A stretch of 64,000 bases of DNA from Acidobacterium sp. (GTDB taxonomy: Bacteria > Acidobacteriota > Terriglobia > Terriglobales > Acidobacteriaceae): the NCBI GenBank assembly GCA_003166955.1, contig PMUI01000105.1:46048-110047 (forward strand), written 5' to 3'. Positions 45,740-54,955 of the stretch are shown here, piece by piece. The position numbers and the translations under genes were made by a program. Under the pieces are notes generated by a model. The model searched no databases and was not told where the DNA came from. It saw only the letters and a program-made list of their open reading frames with translations. Position 1 is the stretch's first letter, and each line of letters opens with the position of its first letter.

Positions 45740-46975
45740 TTATTGCTGCAGAACAACCTGGTCTCCTTCCTTGACGCCGGAGAGAATCTCGGTGCGCGTG
45801 CCATTCGAGATTCCGGCGGTGACGGGGAGCTTCTTCTGGCCGTCTTTCGATTTCGGATCGGGGACGAAAACAAACGCATTCTTGTCGTTGTCCCAGGACA
45901 TGGACTGCTCGGGGACGCTGAGCGCGTTATGGTGCTCGGTGACGAGAACCTCGGCGTTAGCGGTCATCAGCGCTTTCAGCTCGCCAGTGGGGTTGTCGAT
46001 GGAGACGCGCACTTCAAAGGTAGTGACGTTGTCTTTCTCCACGCCGAGCGGGGATATTTTGGTGACTTTGCCGTTGAAGGTCTTGTTGGGGAACGACTCC
46101 ACGTGGATGCGCGCGGGCTGGCCGAGGTAGACGCTCCCGATATCGGCCTCGTCGACTTTGCCGTCGACGTAGACCTGGTGGATGTCGCCGATGGTCATCA
46201 CCAGCGTGGCGGTTGAGCCCAGCACGAGGATGGAGCTGACCGCGTCGCCCACTTCAACGTCGCGGGAGAGCACCATGCCGTCGATGGGCGCGACCAGGGT
46301 GGTGTAGCTGAGCTGCTGGTTGAGCTGATCGAGGCTGGCTTTGGCCTGTTGAACCTGGGCTTCGGCCTGCTTAAGCTTCGCCTGGTCCACACCGATCTGG
46401 GCCGTTGCGCCGTCACGCTTGTTTTTCTGAGCGAGGTAGTCGCGCTCCGCGTTGTCGAGGGCCTGCTGGGAGACGATGCCGTCTTTGAGCATCTGTACGT
46501 TGCGCTGATATGTTTCCTGGTACATGGGCAGGTCGGGCGCTTCGGCGTTGACCTTGTCCTGCGCGATGTTGGCGCTGAAGGTGGTGACGTTGGCTTCGGC
46601 GGCGGCCAGCTGCGCGCGCTGCGCGGCCACCTGGGCAAGGATCTCCTGCTGATCGAGCTGGGCGAGGACCTGGCCTTTGGTGACCATCTGATTGATGTCC
46701 ACGTAGAGCTTCTCGACCAGGCCGGAGGCTTTGGATTTGAGCTCAACCTTGGTGATGGGCTGGATGGGGCCGGTGGCAACGACGGATTTGGCGATGTCGC
46801 CGCGTGTAACTTTGGCGAGGCGCGCAGCGGGAATTTTGGGATCGCCGGCGCGCAGGGCGAGCGCGACCACACCGCCAACCAGGACGACGGCGACGAGACC
46901 GAGGATGGACCAGAACAGCCAACGACGCTTGCGCTTGCGAACCTGATTCACGGCACAGTTCCCTTTCGTCTGCAA
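45740..46975 (-). CDS. Efflux transporter periplasmic adaptor subunit (HlyD/MacA-like)
   Basis: 411 aa (TTG 46975; GTG 46951 alternative). N-terminal TM, lipoyl-like and coiled-coil hairpin regions, and a beta-barrel C-terminus. No pump gene adjacent. Confidence 0.8.
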   Translation of the reverse strand: MQTKGNCAVNQVRKRKRRWLFWSILGLVAVVLVGGVVALALRAGDPKIPAARLAKVTRGDIAKSVVATGPIQPITKVELKSKASGLVEKLYVDINQMVTKGQVLAQLDQQEILAQVAAQRAQLAAAEANVTTFSANIAQDKVNAEAPDLPMYQETYQRNVQMLKDGIVSQQALDNAERDYLAQKNKRDGATAQIGVDQAKLKQAEAQVQQAKASLDQLNQQLSYTTLVAPIDGMVLSRDVEVGDAVSSILVLGSTATLVMTIGDIHQVYVDGKVDEADIGSVYLGQPARIHVESFPNKTFNGKVTKISPLGVEKDNVTTFEVRVSIDNPTGELKALMTANAEVLVTEHHNALSVPEQSMSWDNDKNAFVFVPDPKSKDGQKKLPVTAGISNGTRTEILSGVKEGDQVVLQQ

Positions 46976-47010
46976 TGAGGTACGCAGGTTAGACGGGATT
47001 GGTTCCGTGT

Positions 47011-47054
47011 CAGGGTGCAGGGTAAACGGTGCAGAACGGCGTTCAGCGACAGCG
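47011..47054 (+). repeat. Heptanucleotide-periodic intergenic repeat
   Basis: cagggtg cagggta aacggtg cagaacg gcgttca gcgacag cg. Lies between the adaptor start and the glutaredoxin-like stop. Confidence 0.7.
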
Positions 47055-47056
47055 CA

Positions 47057-47332
47057 TCAGCTGCGGGGTTTGGCGATAGCGGGCTTGAGTCCGAAGCGCT
47101 TCGTCATTTCGGCGTGGAGGAAGCCGCGGCCCGGGCGGTAGGGCTGGATCCACTCGCCATCGATGACGAACTGAGGAATGGCGTGCTTGCCGACGTGAGC
47201 GAGCACCTCTTCGGCGGCGCCGGGAGTCTCCTCGATGTCGATTTCGGTGTAAGGGATTTCGTGAATCTCGAGAAAGCGCTTGGCCTCGCGACAGTCACGG
47301 CACCAGGAAGCTGAATAGACAAGGACCCGCAT
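47057..47332 (-). CDS. Glutaredoxin/NrdH-like thioredoxin-fold protein
   Basis: 91 aa. MRVLVYSASWCRDCREAKRFL (CxxC) ...IPQFVIDGEW. Confidence 0.75.
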   Translation of the reverse strand: MRVLVYSASWCRDCREAKRFLEIHEIPYTEIDIEETPGAAEEVLAHVGKHAIPQFVIDGEWIQPYRPGRGFLHAEMTKRFGLKPAIAKPRS

Positions 47333-47460
47333 CGGTTTTCATCGTACCGCAACAAGAGCGCTGCATAGAGTGATGCGAGTCACACGAACGGGGTACAGGT
47401 GGGGATCGCAGAAAGGCGCCCCGGTTCCTGAAAGCAAACCGTGGCGCCCAGTCTTCAACC

Positions 47461-48180
47461 TTAGTTGGTGCCAAGGGAGAAGACGACGTTGATGGTGGTT
47501 TCCACTTCGACTGGCTCGCCGTTGAGTTTCCAGGGGCGGTAGCGGGCCTGGCGGATGGCGTCAACGGCAGCCGAGACGAGCATCGGCGGGCCGCTGACGA
47601 CGCGCAGGCTTTCGATGCGGCCTTCGGTAGAGATGATGGCCGCAATGACCACGGTTCCCTGGGTGTGGGTGGCGAGGGCGATGGCGGGATAGCGCGGTCG
47701 GATGGGCACGATAAGCTGTCCAGCGGCGACGCCTTCAGAGACGTGAACAGGGCCGATAGGTTTGGCGGGATGGACGCGCGGAATGGGTGGCGGGGTGATG
47801 GCGGTAAGAGGATTGGCTCCCGGGACGCCGATGCCGACGCCTGGGCCGAGGTCGCCCGTGACGGGCCCCGGCGGAGTGGTATCGACAACGTGCCCGATGG
47901 TCGTCGGGATGGTAGGCGGAGCGAGGAGGGTGTGCTGGAATTCCTCAGAGTGCGAGACGGGTGCAGCGGTGACGCGCTGAAGGGGAGCGGGCGCGGCAGG
48001 CGGAGGCGGGGCGATGAGGGGGAGGGTTATGAACTTGCGGGGGATCACATCGGGGTAAAGGTAAGGGATGAGGATGATGACGGCGACCAGCGCCGTCTCG
48101 AGGACGAACGATCCAGCAGCGTAGCGGCCGCTGCGGGTGCGAATGCGTCCGGTGGATTCGACAAGGCTGTCTTCGAACAT
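47461..48180 (-). CDS. TonB family energy transducer
   Basis: 239 aa. Acidobacterial-style N-terminus MFEDSLVES..., a TM helix, a Pro-rich spacer, and a C-terminal TonB fold (GTVVIAAIISTEGRIESLRVVSG...A). Confidence 0.75.
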   Translation of the reverse strand: MFEDSLVESTGRIRTRSGRYAAGSFVLETALVAVIILIPYLYPDVIPRKFITLPLIAPPPPAAPAPLQRVTAAPVSHSEEFQHTLLAPPTIPTTIGHVVDTTPPGPVTGDLGPGVGIGVPGANPLTAITPPPIPRVHPAKPIGPVHVSEGVAAGQLIVPIRPRYPAIALATHTQGTVVIAAIISTEGRIESLRVVSGPPMLVSAAVDAIRQARYRPWKLNGEPVEVETTINVVFSLGTN

Positions 48181-48203
48181 GGGGCTCCCTCCCTGTGCAT
48201 CGA

Positions 48204-48228
48204 TCAGCGTTCAGCCCTCAGCGTTCGG
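48204..48228 (+). repeat. Heptanucleotide-periodic repeat
   Basis: tcagcgt tcagccc tcagcgt tcgg. Lies in the divergent TonB/cupin spacer. Confidence 0.6.
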
Positions 48229-48385
48229 ATCGATGATCCGATGCTGACGCGGCGCGCCGGAGAGAGCGAGAGGAGAGATTCGCGAGCCCGTTGTGCCCGG
48301 CTGAGTCTCTGCCTGGATAGACAACGCCGGCCCGCACAATGTTCCAGGGAAGATGAGATGGAGAAAGCCAGGTTAGGATTCCGCC

Positions 48386-48904
48386 ATGGCCAAAGAGATG
48401 AGTGCTGATGAAATGAAGAGGATGCTGCAACTGGAGCCGCATCCGCGCGAGGGCGGGTGGTTTCGGCAAACATGGAAAGCGGAGGAGACGATTCCGCTGG
48501 AGGCCTTGCCGGCGGGGAGATACAGCGGGGCCAGGTCGGCGGGGACGGCGATCTACTATCTGCTGGAGCCGAATAATTTTTCAGAGATGCACAAGCTCGC
48601 GTCGGACGAGGTGTTTCATTTCTATCTCGGCGACGCGGTGGAGATGCTGCAGCTGTGGCCGGACGGGACGGGGAAGCGCGTGGTGCTGGGCCGCGACATT
48701 GCGAAGGGTGAGTTGCTGCAGACGGTGGTTCCGCAGGGCGTGTGGCAGGGCACGCGTCTTATCGCCGGTGGCAAGGTCGCGCTGTTGGGGTGCACCGTAA
48801 GTCCAGGATTTGATTACGCGGATTACGCGTCGGGGAAGCGAGAGCAGTTAGTGCGGGGCTGGCCGAAGTGGGCGGAGATGCTGGAGAAGCTGACGAGGGG
48901 ATAG
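48386..48904 (+). CDS. Cupin (DUF985) domain-containing protein
   Basis: 172 aa. LEPHPREGGWFRQTW...IYYLLEPNNFSEMHKLASDEVFHFYLGD matches the DUF985 cupin pattern. Confidence 0.75.
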   Translation: MAKEMSADEMKRMLQLEPHPREGGWFRQTWKAEETIPLEALPAGRYSGARSAGTAIYYLLEPNNFSEMHKLASDEVFHFYLGDAVEMLQLWPDGTGKRVVLGRDIAKGELLQTVVPQGVWQGTRLIAGGKVALLGCTVSPGFDYADYASGKREQLVRGWPKWAEMLEKLTRG

Positions 48905-48965
48905 GGGTTGGTGGCGCGGGATCGTTGCCACCATATTCGCCGTAAAGGATGGCCGCACACCTGGA

Positions 48966-49427
48966 TTACGGGACAGTGGTGGGCATGCGGCGGCGCGGCT
49001 CGGCGCTGAGGATGAGCAGGGCACCGACGATCCAGAGCGCGTGGCCGATCAGCGGGACAAAGTGCCCGGTGAGGAAGAAGACCCAGGTCGCGATCATGCA
49101 GAGCAGGATCAGGGCGGCCAGGACGGTCCGCACCAGCCGCAGCGCAGACGAGGCGCGCAGCGGCGGGACCAGAGTGAAGACCAGATAAGGCAGGATGAGG
49201 ATGTTGATCAGGCCGCTCAGGGCGGCAAGAAACATCAGGGAGTGCCAGGTCCCCGCTTCAATGAGCGCCGAGAGGGTAATGACGGCGCATTGCCATCCTT
49301 TGAGAGGCGACCCCGGGCCTTGGGCAACGGCGGGAAGGAAGAACGCCACCACAAAAACAGCGAGTCCCAGGATTTGCCAGAGGGGACTCAGCCGTTGAAC
49401 GGTGACAGGTGCAGAGGTTGGTGACAC
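48966..49427 (-). CDS. Hypothetical membrane protein
   Basis: 153 aa, about 5 predicted TM helices. No family recognised. Confidence 0.4.
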   Translation of the reverse strand: MSPTSAPVTVQRLSPLWQILGLAVFVVAFFLPAVAQGPGSPLKGWQCAVITLSALIEAGTWHSLMFLAALSGLINILILPYLVFTLVPPLRASSALRLVRTVLAALILLCMIATWVFFLTGHFVPLIGHALWIVGALLILSAEPRRRMPTTVP

Positions 49428-49545
49428 GGCGGCTCACTTCCCAGTTGTCGGCCAGTATAGCGACAGCTCGCAGCCACACTGGATTTTTGCGGAAATCATA
49501 CACCTCGCCGGACGCCGTAGTTTTCTCTGCAGGACACTCCGATCG

Positions 49546-50511
49546 TTATTGCCACGTGGAGACAATGCTCCGGGCCATCTTAGCGACAAGGAGTTCCGCT
49601 TCGTTGTCGGGGGTCCAGCTGGTGTCGGCGTTGTCGTGGGTGAATGCGGAGATGATGATGACCCCGTGTTTCGTGTAGACGGCGCCGACATCGTTGCGGA
49701 CGTGGTCGAGAGCGCCGGTTTTGTTGGCGATGGCCGAGTCGCCCTCCGTGGTGTCGAGTTTTTCGAGATAGCGGGGGATCATGTCGCGGTCGGACTGGAC
49801 CTTGAGCATGTGGATCGCGGCCGCGCACAGGTCTTTGTCCGTCGGGATCGGCGACGATACGAGGCCGGGTTCGGCCACGACGTGCGGAGCCGGACCGAGG
49901 TCGCAAGTGACGAAGCGCTCCATGATGGAGGCCATTTCGCGCGCGGTCGTCTTTCCGAGTCCGAAGCGTGGCTGATCGGCAGGTTGAGGGTCGGTCGGAT
50001 CCTTGTAGACCTTCTTATAGAGCCAGGTGTTCCTGAGGTCGAGGCCGCGTGGCGCCGTCGCGGTCAGCTCGCTGCCGATGGTGTCGAGACCGAGGTCATC
50101 GATGACGAGGTTCGTGGCGGTATTGTCGCTGACGGCGATCATCAAAGTGAGCGCGTCCTTGAGCGTGAGGGTCATCGGCGTGTCGAAGAAGAGCAGAACG
50201 CCCGAGCCGGGGACCTGGTCGTCATGGTGGAGCATGAGCCGGTCGTCGAAGTGGGCGCGGCCCGCGCGGATTTGTTCCAGCGCGGTGTAGAGCACGCCGA
50301 GCTTGATGACGGAAGCGGTGGGGACAGGCTCGTCCGCGTCGATCGAGATAGTCTTGCTGGTGGCGAGGTCGTGCGCGTAGAGGGAGACCTTGCCGTGAAA
50401 TCCGGCGATCTGGGACTGGAGCTGCGTGGTGAGCGCGGAATCGGACTGGGCACAGGCGGGCAGCGTCGCGGCGAGGACGAGGAGGCAGGCCGTTCCGAAT
50501 CTCGTTAGCAT
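49546..50511 (-). CDS. Class A beta-lactamase-related serine hydrolase
   Basis: 321 aa from the ATG at 50511. Signal peptide, SxxK (TASVIKL), SDN (AVSDN) and KTG (NKTGAL) motifs. Confidence 0.75.
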   Translation of the reverse strand: MLTRFGTACLLVLAATLPACAQSDSALTTQLQSQIAGFHGKVSLYAHDLATSKTISIDADEPVPTASVIKLGVLYTALEQIRAGRAHFDDRLMLHHDDQVPGSGVLLFFDTPMTLTLKDALTLMIAVSDNTATNLVIDDLGLDTIGSELTATAPRGLDLRNTWLYKKVYKDPTDPQPADQPRFGLGKTTAREMASIMERFVTCDLGPAPHVVAEPGLVSSPIPTDKDLCAAAIHMLKVQSDRDMIPRYLEKLDTTEGDSAIANKTGALDHVRNDVGAVYTKHGVIIISAFTHDNADTSWTPDNEAELLVAKMARSIVSTWQ

Positions 50512-50616
50512 GCTGGCAAGGCGATTGTAGGCCTGGTGATTGGCCGCCCGACTGAGCGCATAATATGTCCGGGCGTACAAGGCCTTCCTCGGGGCACGCG
50601 CATGGGGGGACTGTGT

Positions 50617-50844
50617 ATGGCTACTGACGATGTTGCGACGCTGGAAGCCAGGGTTGCGGAGCTGGAAAAACGCCGTGGGAAGTGCCGTTGCGGGGGCGGC
50701 CACGGAGGCACGGGTTGCTGGGCGCTGGGGTCGTCGATTGCGGTGGTGCTGTCGTGGACCAGGAGCACGAGCATCCTGTGGGCGATTCTGCACGGGATCT
50801 TCTCGTGGGGATACGTCATTTACTACGCCGTGACGCGGAAGTAG
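50617..50844 (+). CDS. Small membrane protein, unknown function
   Basis: 75 aa from the ATG at 50617, with GGGGGA 7 nt upstream. Coiled N-terminus, Cys/Gly-rich stretch (CRCGGGHGGTGC) and 2 TM helices. Confidence 0.4.
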   Translation: MATDDVATLEARVAELEKRRGKCRCGGGHGGTGCWALGSSIAVVLSWTRSTSILWAILHGIFSWGYVIYYAVTRK

Positions 50845-50847
50845 GGG

Positions 50848-51063
50848 ATGGACGATTCTCCACAGGATCGGGGCGCGGCGAAGCCGACGAAGTTAGTGCA
50901 GAAGATTCTTCTCGGCGCGCTGGCGCTATTCCTTCTCTTTGGGGATCGGGCTCTGCGGGAGATTTGGCACTTTTCTTTCTTTGCCTCGCCGATGATTTAC
51001 GGCGGCGTGCTGCTGGCATTCCTCGTTGGCAGTTTGATCTGGGTGTATTTTCGGGACGGATAA
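50848..51063 (+). CDS. Small membrane protein, unknown function
   Basis: 71 aa, two hydrophobic helices. Starts 4 nt after the previous stop. Confidence 0.35.
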   Translation: MDDSPQDRGAAKPTKLVQKILLGALALFLLFGDRALREIWHFSFFASPMIYGGVLLAFLVGSLIWVYFRDG

Positions 51064-51151
51064 GCCAGCGGCCGCCGATGGTTGAAGACGGAATCGGTGA
51101 ATTTCCTGTAAACTGAAAATTCGCATAATCCCTGGAGAAATGAGTTAGGTC

Positions 51152-51505
51152 ATGTCGATTCACCCAGTCATGCAGCGCCTTGCCGAGAAGCTGAACCGCA
51201 CCGATCTGCCCCCCTTTGGGCCGGGTGACACCGTGCGCGTCCAGGTGAAAATTAAGGAAGGCGATAAGGAGCGGATTCAGGCGTTCGAAGGCGTCGTCAT
51301 CGCTAAAAAGAACGGTCCGCAGGGTAGCTTTACCGTCCGCAAGATGAGCTTCGGCCAGGGCGTCGAGCGCATTTTCCCATTCAACAGCAAGGTCATCGAC
51401 AAGATCGAGAAGGTACGGTCGTCGAAGGTGCGTCGCGCGCGGCTGTTCTACCTGCGCGGATTGCGCGGCAAGGCCGCCCGGCTGAAGGAAGTGGACACAA
51501 GATAG
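51152..51505 (+). CDS. rplS: 50S ribosomal protein L19
   Basis: 117 aa. [57 protein letters not shown] is canonical L19. Confidence 0.97.
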   Translation: MSIHPVMQRLAEKLNRTDLPPFGPGDTVRVQVKIKEGDKERIQAFEGVVIAKKNGPQGSFTVRKMSFGQGVERIFPFNSKVIDKIEKVRSSKVRRARLFYLRGLRGKAARLKEVDTR

Positions 51506-51527
51506 CGTTCAGCGATCGGGAAGACAC

Positions 51528-51565
51528 ACGCCCTGGCCGGATTCGGCCAGGGCGTTGGTGTTTTT
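51528..51565 (+). terminator. Rho-independent terminator after rplS
   Basis: 12-bp perfect stem acgccctggccg/cggccagggcgt with loop gatt, followed by tggtgTTTTTg. Confidence 0.7.
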
Positions 51566-51617
51566 GTGACGTGATTTCCACGGGCGTCCTCGGCGCATCG
51601 CGCAGTAAACTCGCCAC

Positions 51618-52397
51618 ATGGGGACCCTGCAGGGCGAACTGATTCCAAAGCGCGGGCGGCAGAGACTGCCCGACGATGAGGTTTCAGCAGCCACTCGCAA
51701 GATGCGCATGCTGCGGTCCCTGGCCTGCGGAAACAAATTTGAAAAGCTGGCGCGGGCCACCGGTGCGATCATGATCGCCGGCGTCGATGAGGTAGGGCGC
51801 GGCGCTCTCTTCGGTCCCGTGGTGGCGGCTGCGGTCATCCTGCCCGCGGACACGCGCATTCGGGGCCTTCGGGATTCAAAGCAGCTGCTGGTCGAGGATC
51901 GCGAGCGGCTGGAAGTGGTAGTTCGGTCGCGCGCAATTGCCATTGCCATTGAGGAAGTCGACGCCGAGACGATTGACCGCGTGAACATCTACCAGGCTTC
52001 GCGGATGGCGATGGCGGCCGCAGTAATGCGCCTCGATCCGCAGCCCGATCATCTGCTGATCGACGCTCTCCTGCTGGACCTGCCGCACGCGCAGACAAAG
52101 ATCATCTACGGCGATTCGCTCAGCATTTCGATTGCGGCGGCGTCGGTGGTGGCGAAGGTGTATCGCGACAAGCGCATGTGCGAGCTGGATGCGGAGTATC
52201 TAGGTTACGGCCTCGCATCGCACAAGGGCTACGCGACCCCCGAGCATCGCGAGGCGCTGAAGAACCTCGGCCCGTCGATTCTGCATCGAAAAACTTTTGC
52301 TCCCGTGTTGCAGGCCGACTTGCCCTGGTGTGATTTTCCGGAGGATTTTCCGGCGGAAGAAGAAGAGCAGCCTTGCCCCATCGACTCCTCTGTGTAA
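51618..52397 (+). CDS. rnhB: Ribonuclease HII
   Basis: IAGVDEVGRGALFGPVVAAAVIL, DSKQL and YGDSLSISIAAASVVAKV motifs. The start is uncertain (ATG 51618 or 51702). Confidence 0.9.
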   Translation: MGTLQGELIPKRGRQRLPDDEVSAATRKMRMLRSLACGNKFEKLARATGAIMIAGVDEVGRGALFGPVVAAAVILPADTRIRGLRDSKQLLVEDRERLEVVVRSRAIAIAIEEVDAETIDRVNIYQASRMAMAAAVMRLDPQPDHLLIDALLLDLPHAQTKIIYGDSLSISIAAASVVAKVYRDKRMCELDAEYLGYGLASHKGYATPEHREALKNLGPSILHRKTFAPVLQADLPWCDFPEDFPAEEEEQPCPIDSSV

Positions 52398-53140
52398 CAG
52401 CTCACCCTGACGACGAGAGCGGTGCTTTTGGCGGCGCACTCATGCTTGCGCATGAGGCGGGCGCCGAGACCTTCGTGCTGTGTTTCACCGACGGTCAGGC
52501 GGCGCATTTTCGTGGCGACGCACCGCCCGATGCGGACCTGGGAAAGCTGCGCCGCTCGGAGATGGATGCGGCGACCGCGGTGCTTGGCGTGACGCGCCAC
52601 GAGGTGCTGACCTGGCCGGACGGCGAGCTCGCGAAGCAAAGTTTCCAGGAGCTGGCCGGGATTGTGGCGGAGCATATTCGCCGGTGGCAGCCGCAGGTGG
52701 TGTTGACGTTTGGCGGAGATGGCGGAGTGAATCTGCATCGGGATCACACGATGATTTCGACGGTGACGACGGCGGCTTTTCACTGGGCGGGGCGCGCCGA
52801 GATGTATCCGGACCACATCGACACGGGTCTGCATCCCTGGGCGCCGCAAAAGCTCTACTACTCGAGCCCGCCGTTTGTCAGCGTCCGCGACCGGCCCGAG
52901 CTGACGAACCTGGCTGCGACGGTGCCGTGGTCGCTGACCCTGGAGCTGGGCCCGCTCGCTGGACGAAAGCTGGAAGCCTTCCAGAAGCACTCCTCGCAGC
53001 AAGGCGTGCTGAAGCGTGTGGGCGAGCACGTGCGGGAGGCGATGCGCACCGAAAGATACCTGCTTGTCGCGAAGCGGGGCATAGCTTCGGTAACAGAAGA
53101 TCAGGCGATGTTTGCCGGAATCCTCGACGACGACAGCTAG
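52373..53140 (+). CDS. PIG-L (LmbE-like) family deacetylase
   Basis: 255 aa, TTG start overlapping the rnhB 3' end by 25 nt. Motifs: LCVTAHPDDESGAFGG and HRDH. Confidence 0.8.
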   Translation: MPHRLLCVTAHPDDESGAFGGALMLAHEAGAETFVLCFTDGQAAHFRGDAPPDADLGKLRRSEMDAATAVLGVTRHEVLTWPDGELAKQSFQELAGIVAEHIRRWQPQVVLTFGGDGGVNLHRDHTMISTVTTAAFHWAGRAEMYPDHIDTGLHPWAPQKLYYSSPPFVSVRDRPELTNLAATVPWSLTLELGPLAGRKLEAFQKHSSQQGVLKRVGEHVREAMRTERYLLVAKRGIASVTEDQAMFAGILDDDS

Positions 53141-53207
53141 AATTCTCGTTTGAGCCGGAACTTCCTCCAACCCGTGCCGGCTTCGCATCACCGCAGTCGA
53201 GGCGCTC

Positions 53208-54887
53208 ATGACGGAACCCCTGATCCGGACGAAGCTCTACGGTTTTACCCTCCTGAACCATCCACGATTCAACAAAGGCACGGCCTTCACCGAAGAAGAG
53301 CGCGACGCATTCGACCTGCACGGCCTGCTGCCTCCTCACGTGGGGACGCTGGCGGAGCAAATTGCGCGGCGGCGTGCCGCGTTCGACACCTACGAGACCG
53401 GGTTTGAGAAGTACACCTTCATGCGCGATCTGCAGGACATCAACGAGACCCTGTTTTACGCGCTCCTCCTGTCCGATGTGCGGAAGTTCATGCCGATCGT
53501 CTACACGCCCACGGTCGGCGAAGGGTGCCAGCGCTTCAGCGAGATTTGGCGCAAGCCTCGCGGGCTGTTTCTCAGCTATCCGAACAAAGCGCGGATCGAG
53601 AAGATTCTCTCCCACAAGCGCTACGACGATGTGAAAGCGATTGTCGTGAGCGATGGCGAGCGCATCCTGGGCCTCGGCGATCAGGGCGCGGGCGGCATGG
53701 GGATTCCGATCGGCAAGATGGCCCTGTACACCGCGCTCGGCGGTATCCATCACGAATATTGTTTGCCGGTGCTTCTGGATGTGGGGACGGACAACGAGGA
53801 GCGCCTCGCGAATCCGATTTACATCGGGTGGCGGCAGAAGCGTGTGCGCGGGCCGGAGTACGACGACTTCATCGAGACCTTCGTGTCGGCCGTCGAAAAG
53901 CGGTGGCCGCACGTGTTGCTGCAGTGGGAGGACTTCGCGGGCTCGAACGCAGCGCGGCTCCTCACGAAATATCGCGACCGTCTCTGCACCTTCAACGACG
54001 ACATTCAGGGCACGTCGGCGGTGGTGCTGGCCACTCTGTTGGCCGCAGTCAAGGCCGCGGGCACTTCGCTGCAGGACCAGCGAATCGGGATTCTGGGCTT
54101 TGGGTCTGCGGGGATCGGGATCGCGAATCTTCTGGTGAAGGCGCTGCAACAAGAGGGCCTAAGTGAAGCCGAAGCGCGCGGACGAATCTACGCCATGGGC
54201 CGCCCAGGGCTGCTGGTCGAGGGCGCTGAGGGGATTCACCCGGAGCAGAAGGATTATGTGCGGCCGCGAGGGGATGTTGCGGGTTGGACGGTGAAGGACC
54301 CTCTAAAGATCGGGTTAGAAGAAGTCGCGCGGAACGCGAAGCTCACGGTGCTGATCGGCGTCGCGGGCAAAGCCGGGATGTTCACCGAGGACGCGGTGCG
54401 CGCAATGGCGAAGAACGTGGAGCGGCCGATCATTTTTCCGCTGTCGAACCCAACCTCGAAGAGCGAGGCCACGCCGGAGGACCTGTTGAAGTGGACGGAT
54501 GGCAAGGCGCTGATCGGGACGGGGAGCCCCTTCGAGCCCGTCAAAGTCGGAGATCGGGAAATTTGTATCGATCAGACCAACAATTCCTACATTTTCCCAG
54601 GGCTGGCGCTGGGGATTGTCGCGTCTCGGTCGCGGCGGGTGACGGACGCGATGTTTATGACCGCGGCGCGGGCGCTCACCGCGCTGTCCCCGGTGGATAA
54701 GGATCGGACGGCGAGCCTGCTGCCGCCGCTGGCGGAGTCGCGAAGGCTGAGTCGGGTGATTGCAGCGGCGGTGGCGCGGCAGGCCATCCAGGACGGATTG
54801 TCGAACCTGAAGGAGAGCGAGGTCGACGCGGCGGTGGATGCCAACGTTTGGGAGCCGCGGTATGTCCGGTATGAGCGGGACTATTAG
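53208..54887 (+). CDS. NAD-dependent malic enzyme
   Basis: 559 aa. LLNHPRFNKGTAFTEEERDAFDLHGLLPP, VVSDGERILGLGDQGAGGMGIPIGK, FNDDIQGTSAV. Confidence 0.92.
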   Translation: MTEPLIRTKLYGFTLLNHPRFNKGTAFTEEERDAFDLHGLLPPHVGTLAEQIARRRAAFDTYETGFEKYTFMRDLQDINETLFYALLLSDVRKFMPIVYTPTVGEGCQRFSEIWRKPRGLFLSYPNKARIEKILSHKRYDDVKAIVVSDGERILGLGDQGAGGMGIPIGKMALYTALGGIHHEYCLPVLLDVGTDNEERLANPIYIGWRQKRVRGPEYDDFIETFVSAVEKRWPHVLLQWEDFAGSNAARLLTKYRDRLCTFNDDIQGTSAVVLATLLAAVKAAGTSLQDQRIGILGFGSAGIGIANLLVKALQQEGLSEAEARGRIYAMGRPGLLVEGAEGIHPEQKDYVRPRGDVAGWTVKDPLKIGLEEVARNAKLTVLIGVAGKAGMFTEDAVRAMAKNVERPIIFPLSNPTSKSEATPEDLLKWTDGKALIGTGSPFEPVKVGDREICIDQTNNSYIFPGLALGIVASRSRRVTDAMFMTAARALTALSPVDKDRTASLLPPLAESRRLSRVIAAAVARQAIQDGLSNLKESEVDAAVDANVWEPRYVRYERDY

Positions 54888-54955
54888 CGGGGCAGCGAAT
54901 AGAGGTCTGGCTGCGTTGCAACATGAAAACTGTTCCCCATGAGCGAGAATAAGTT

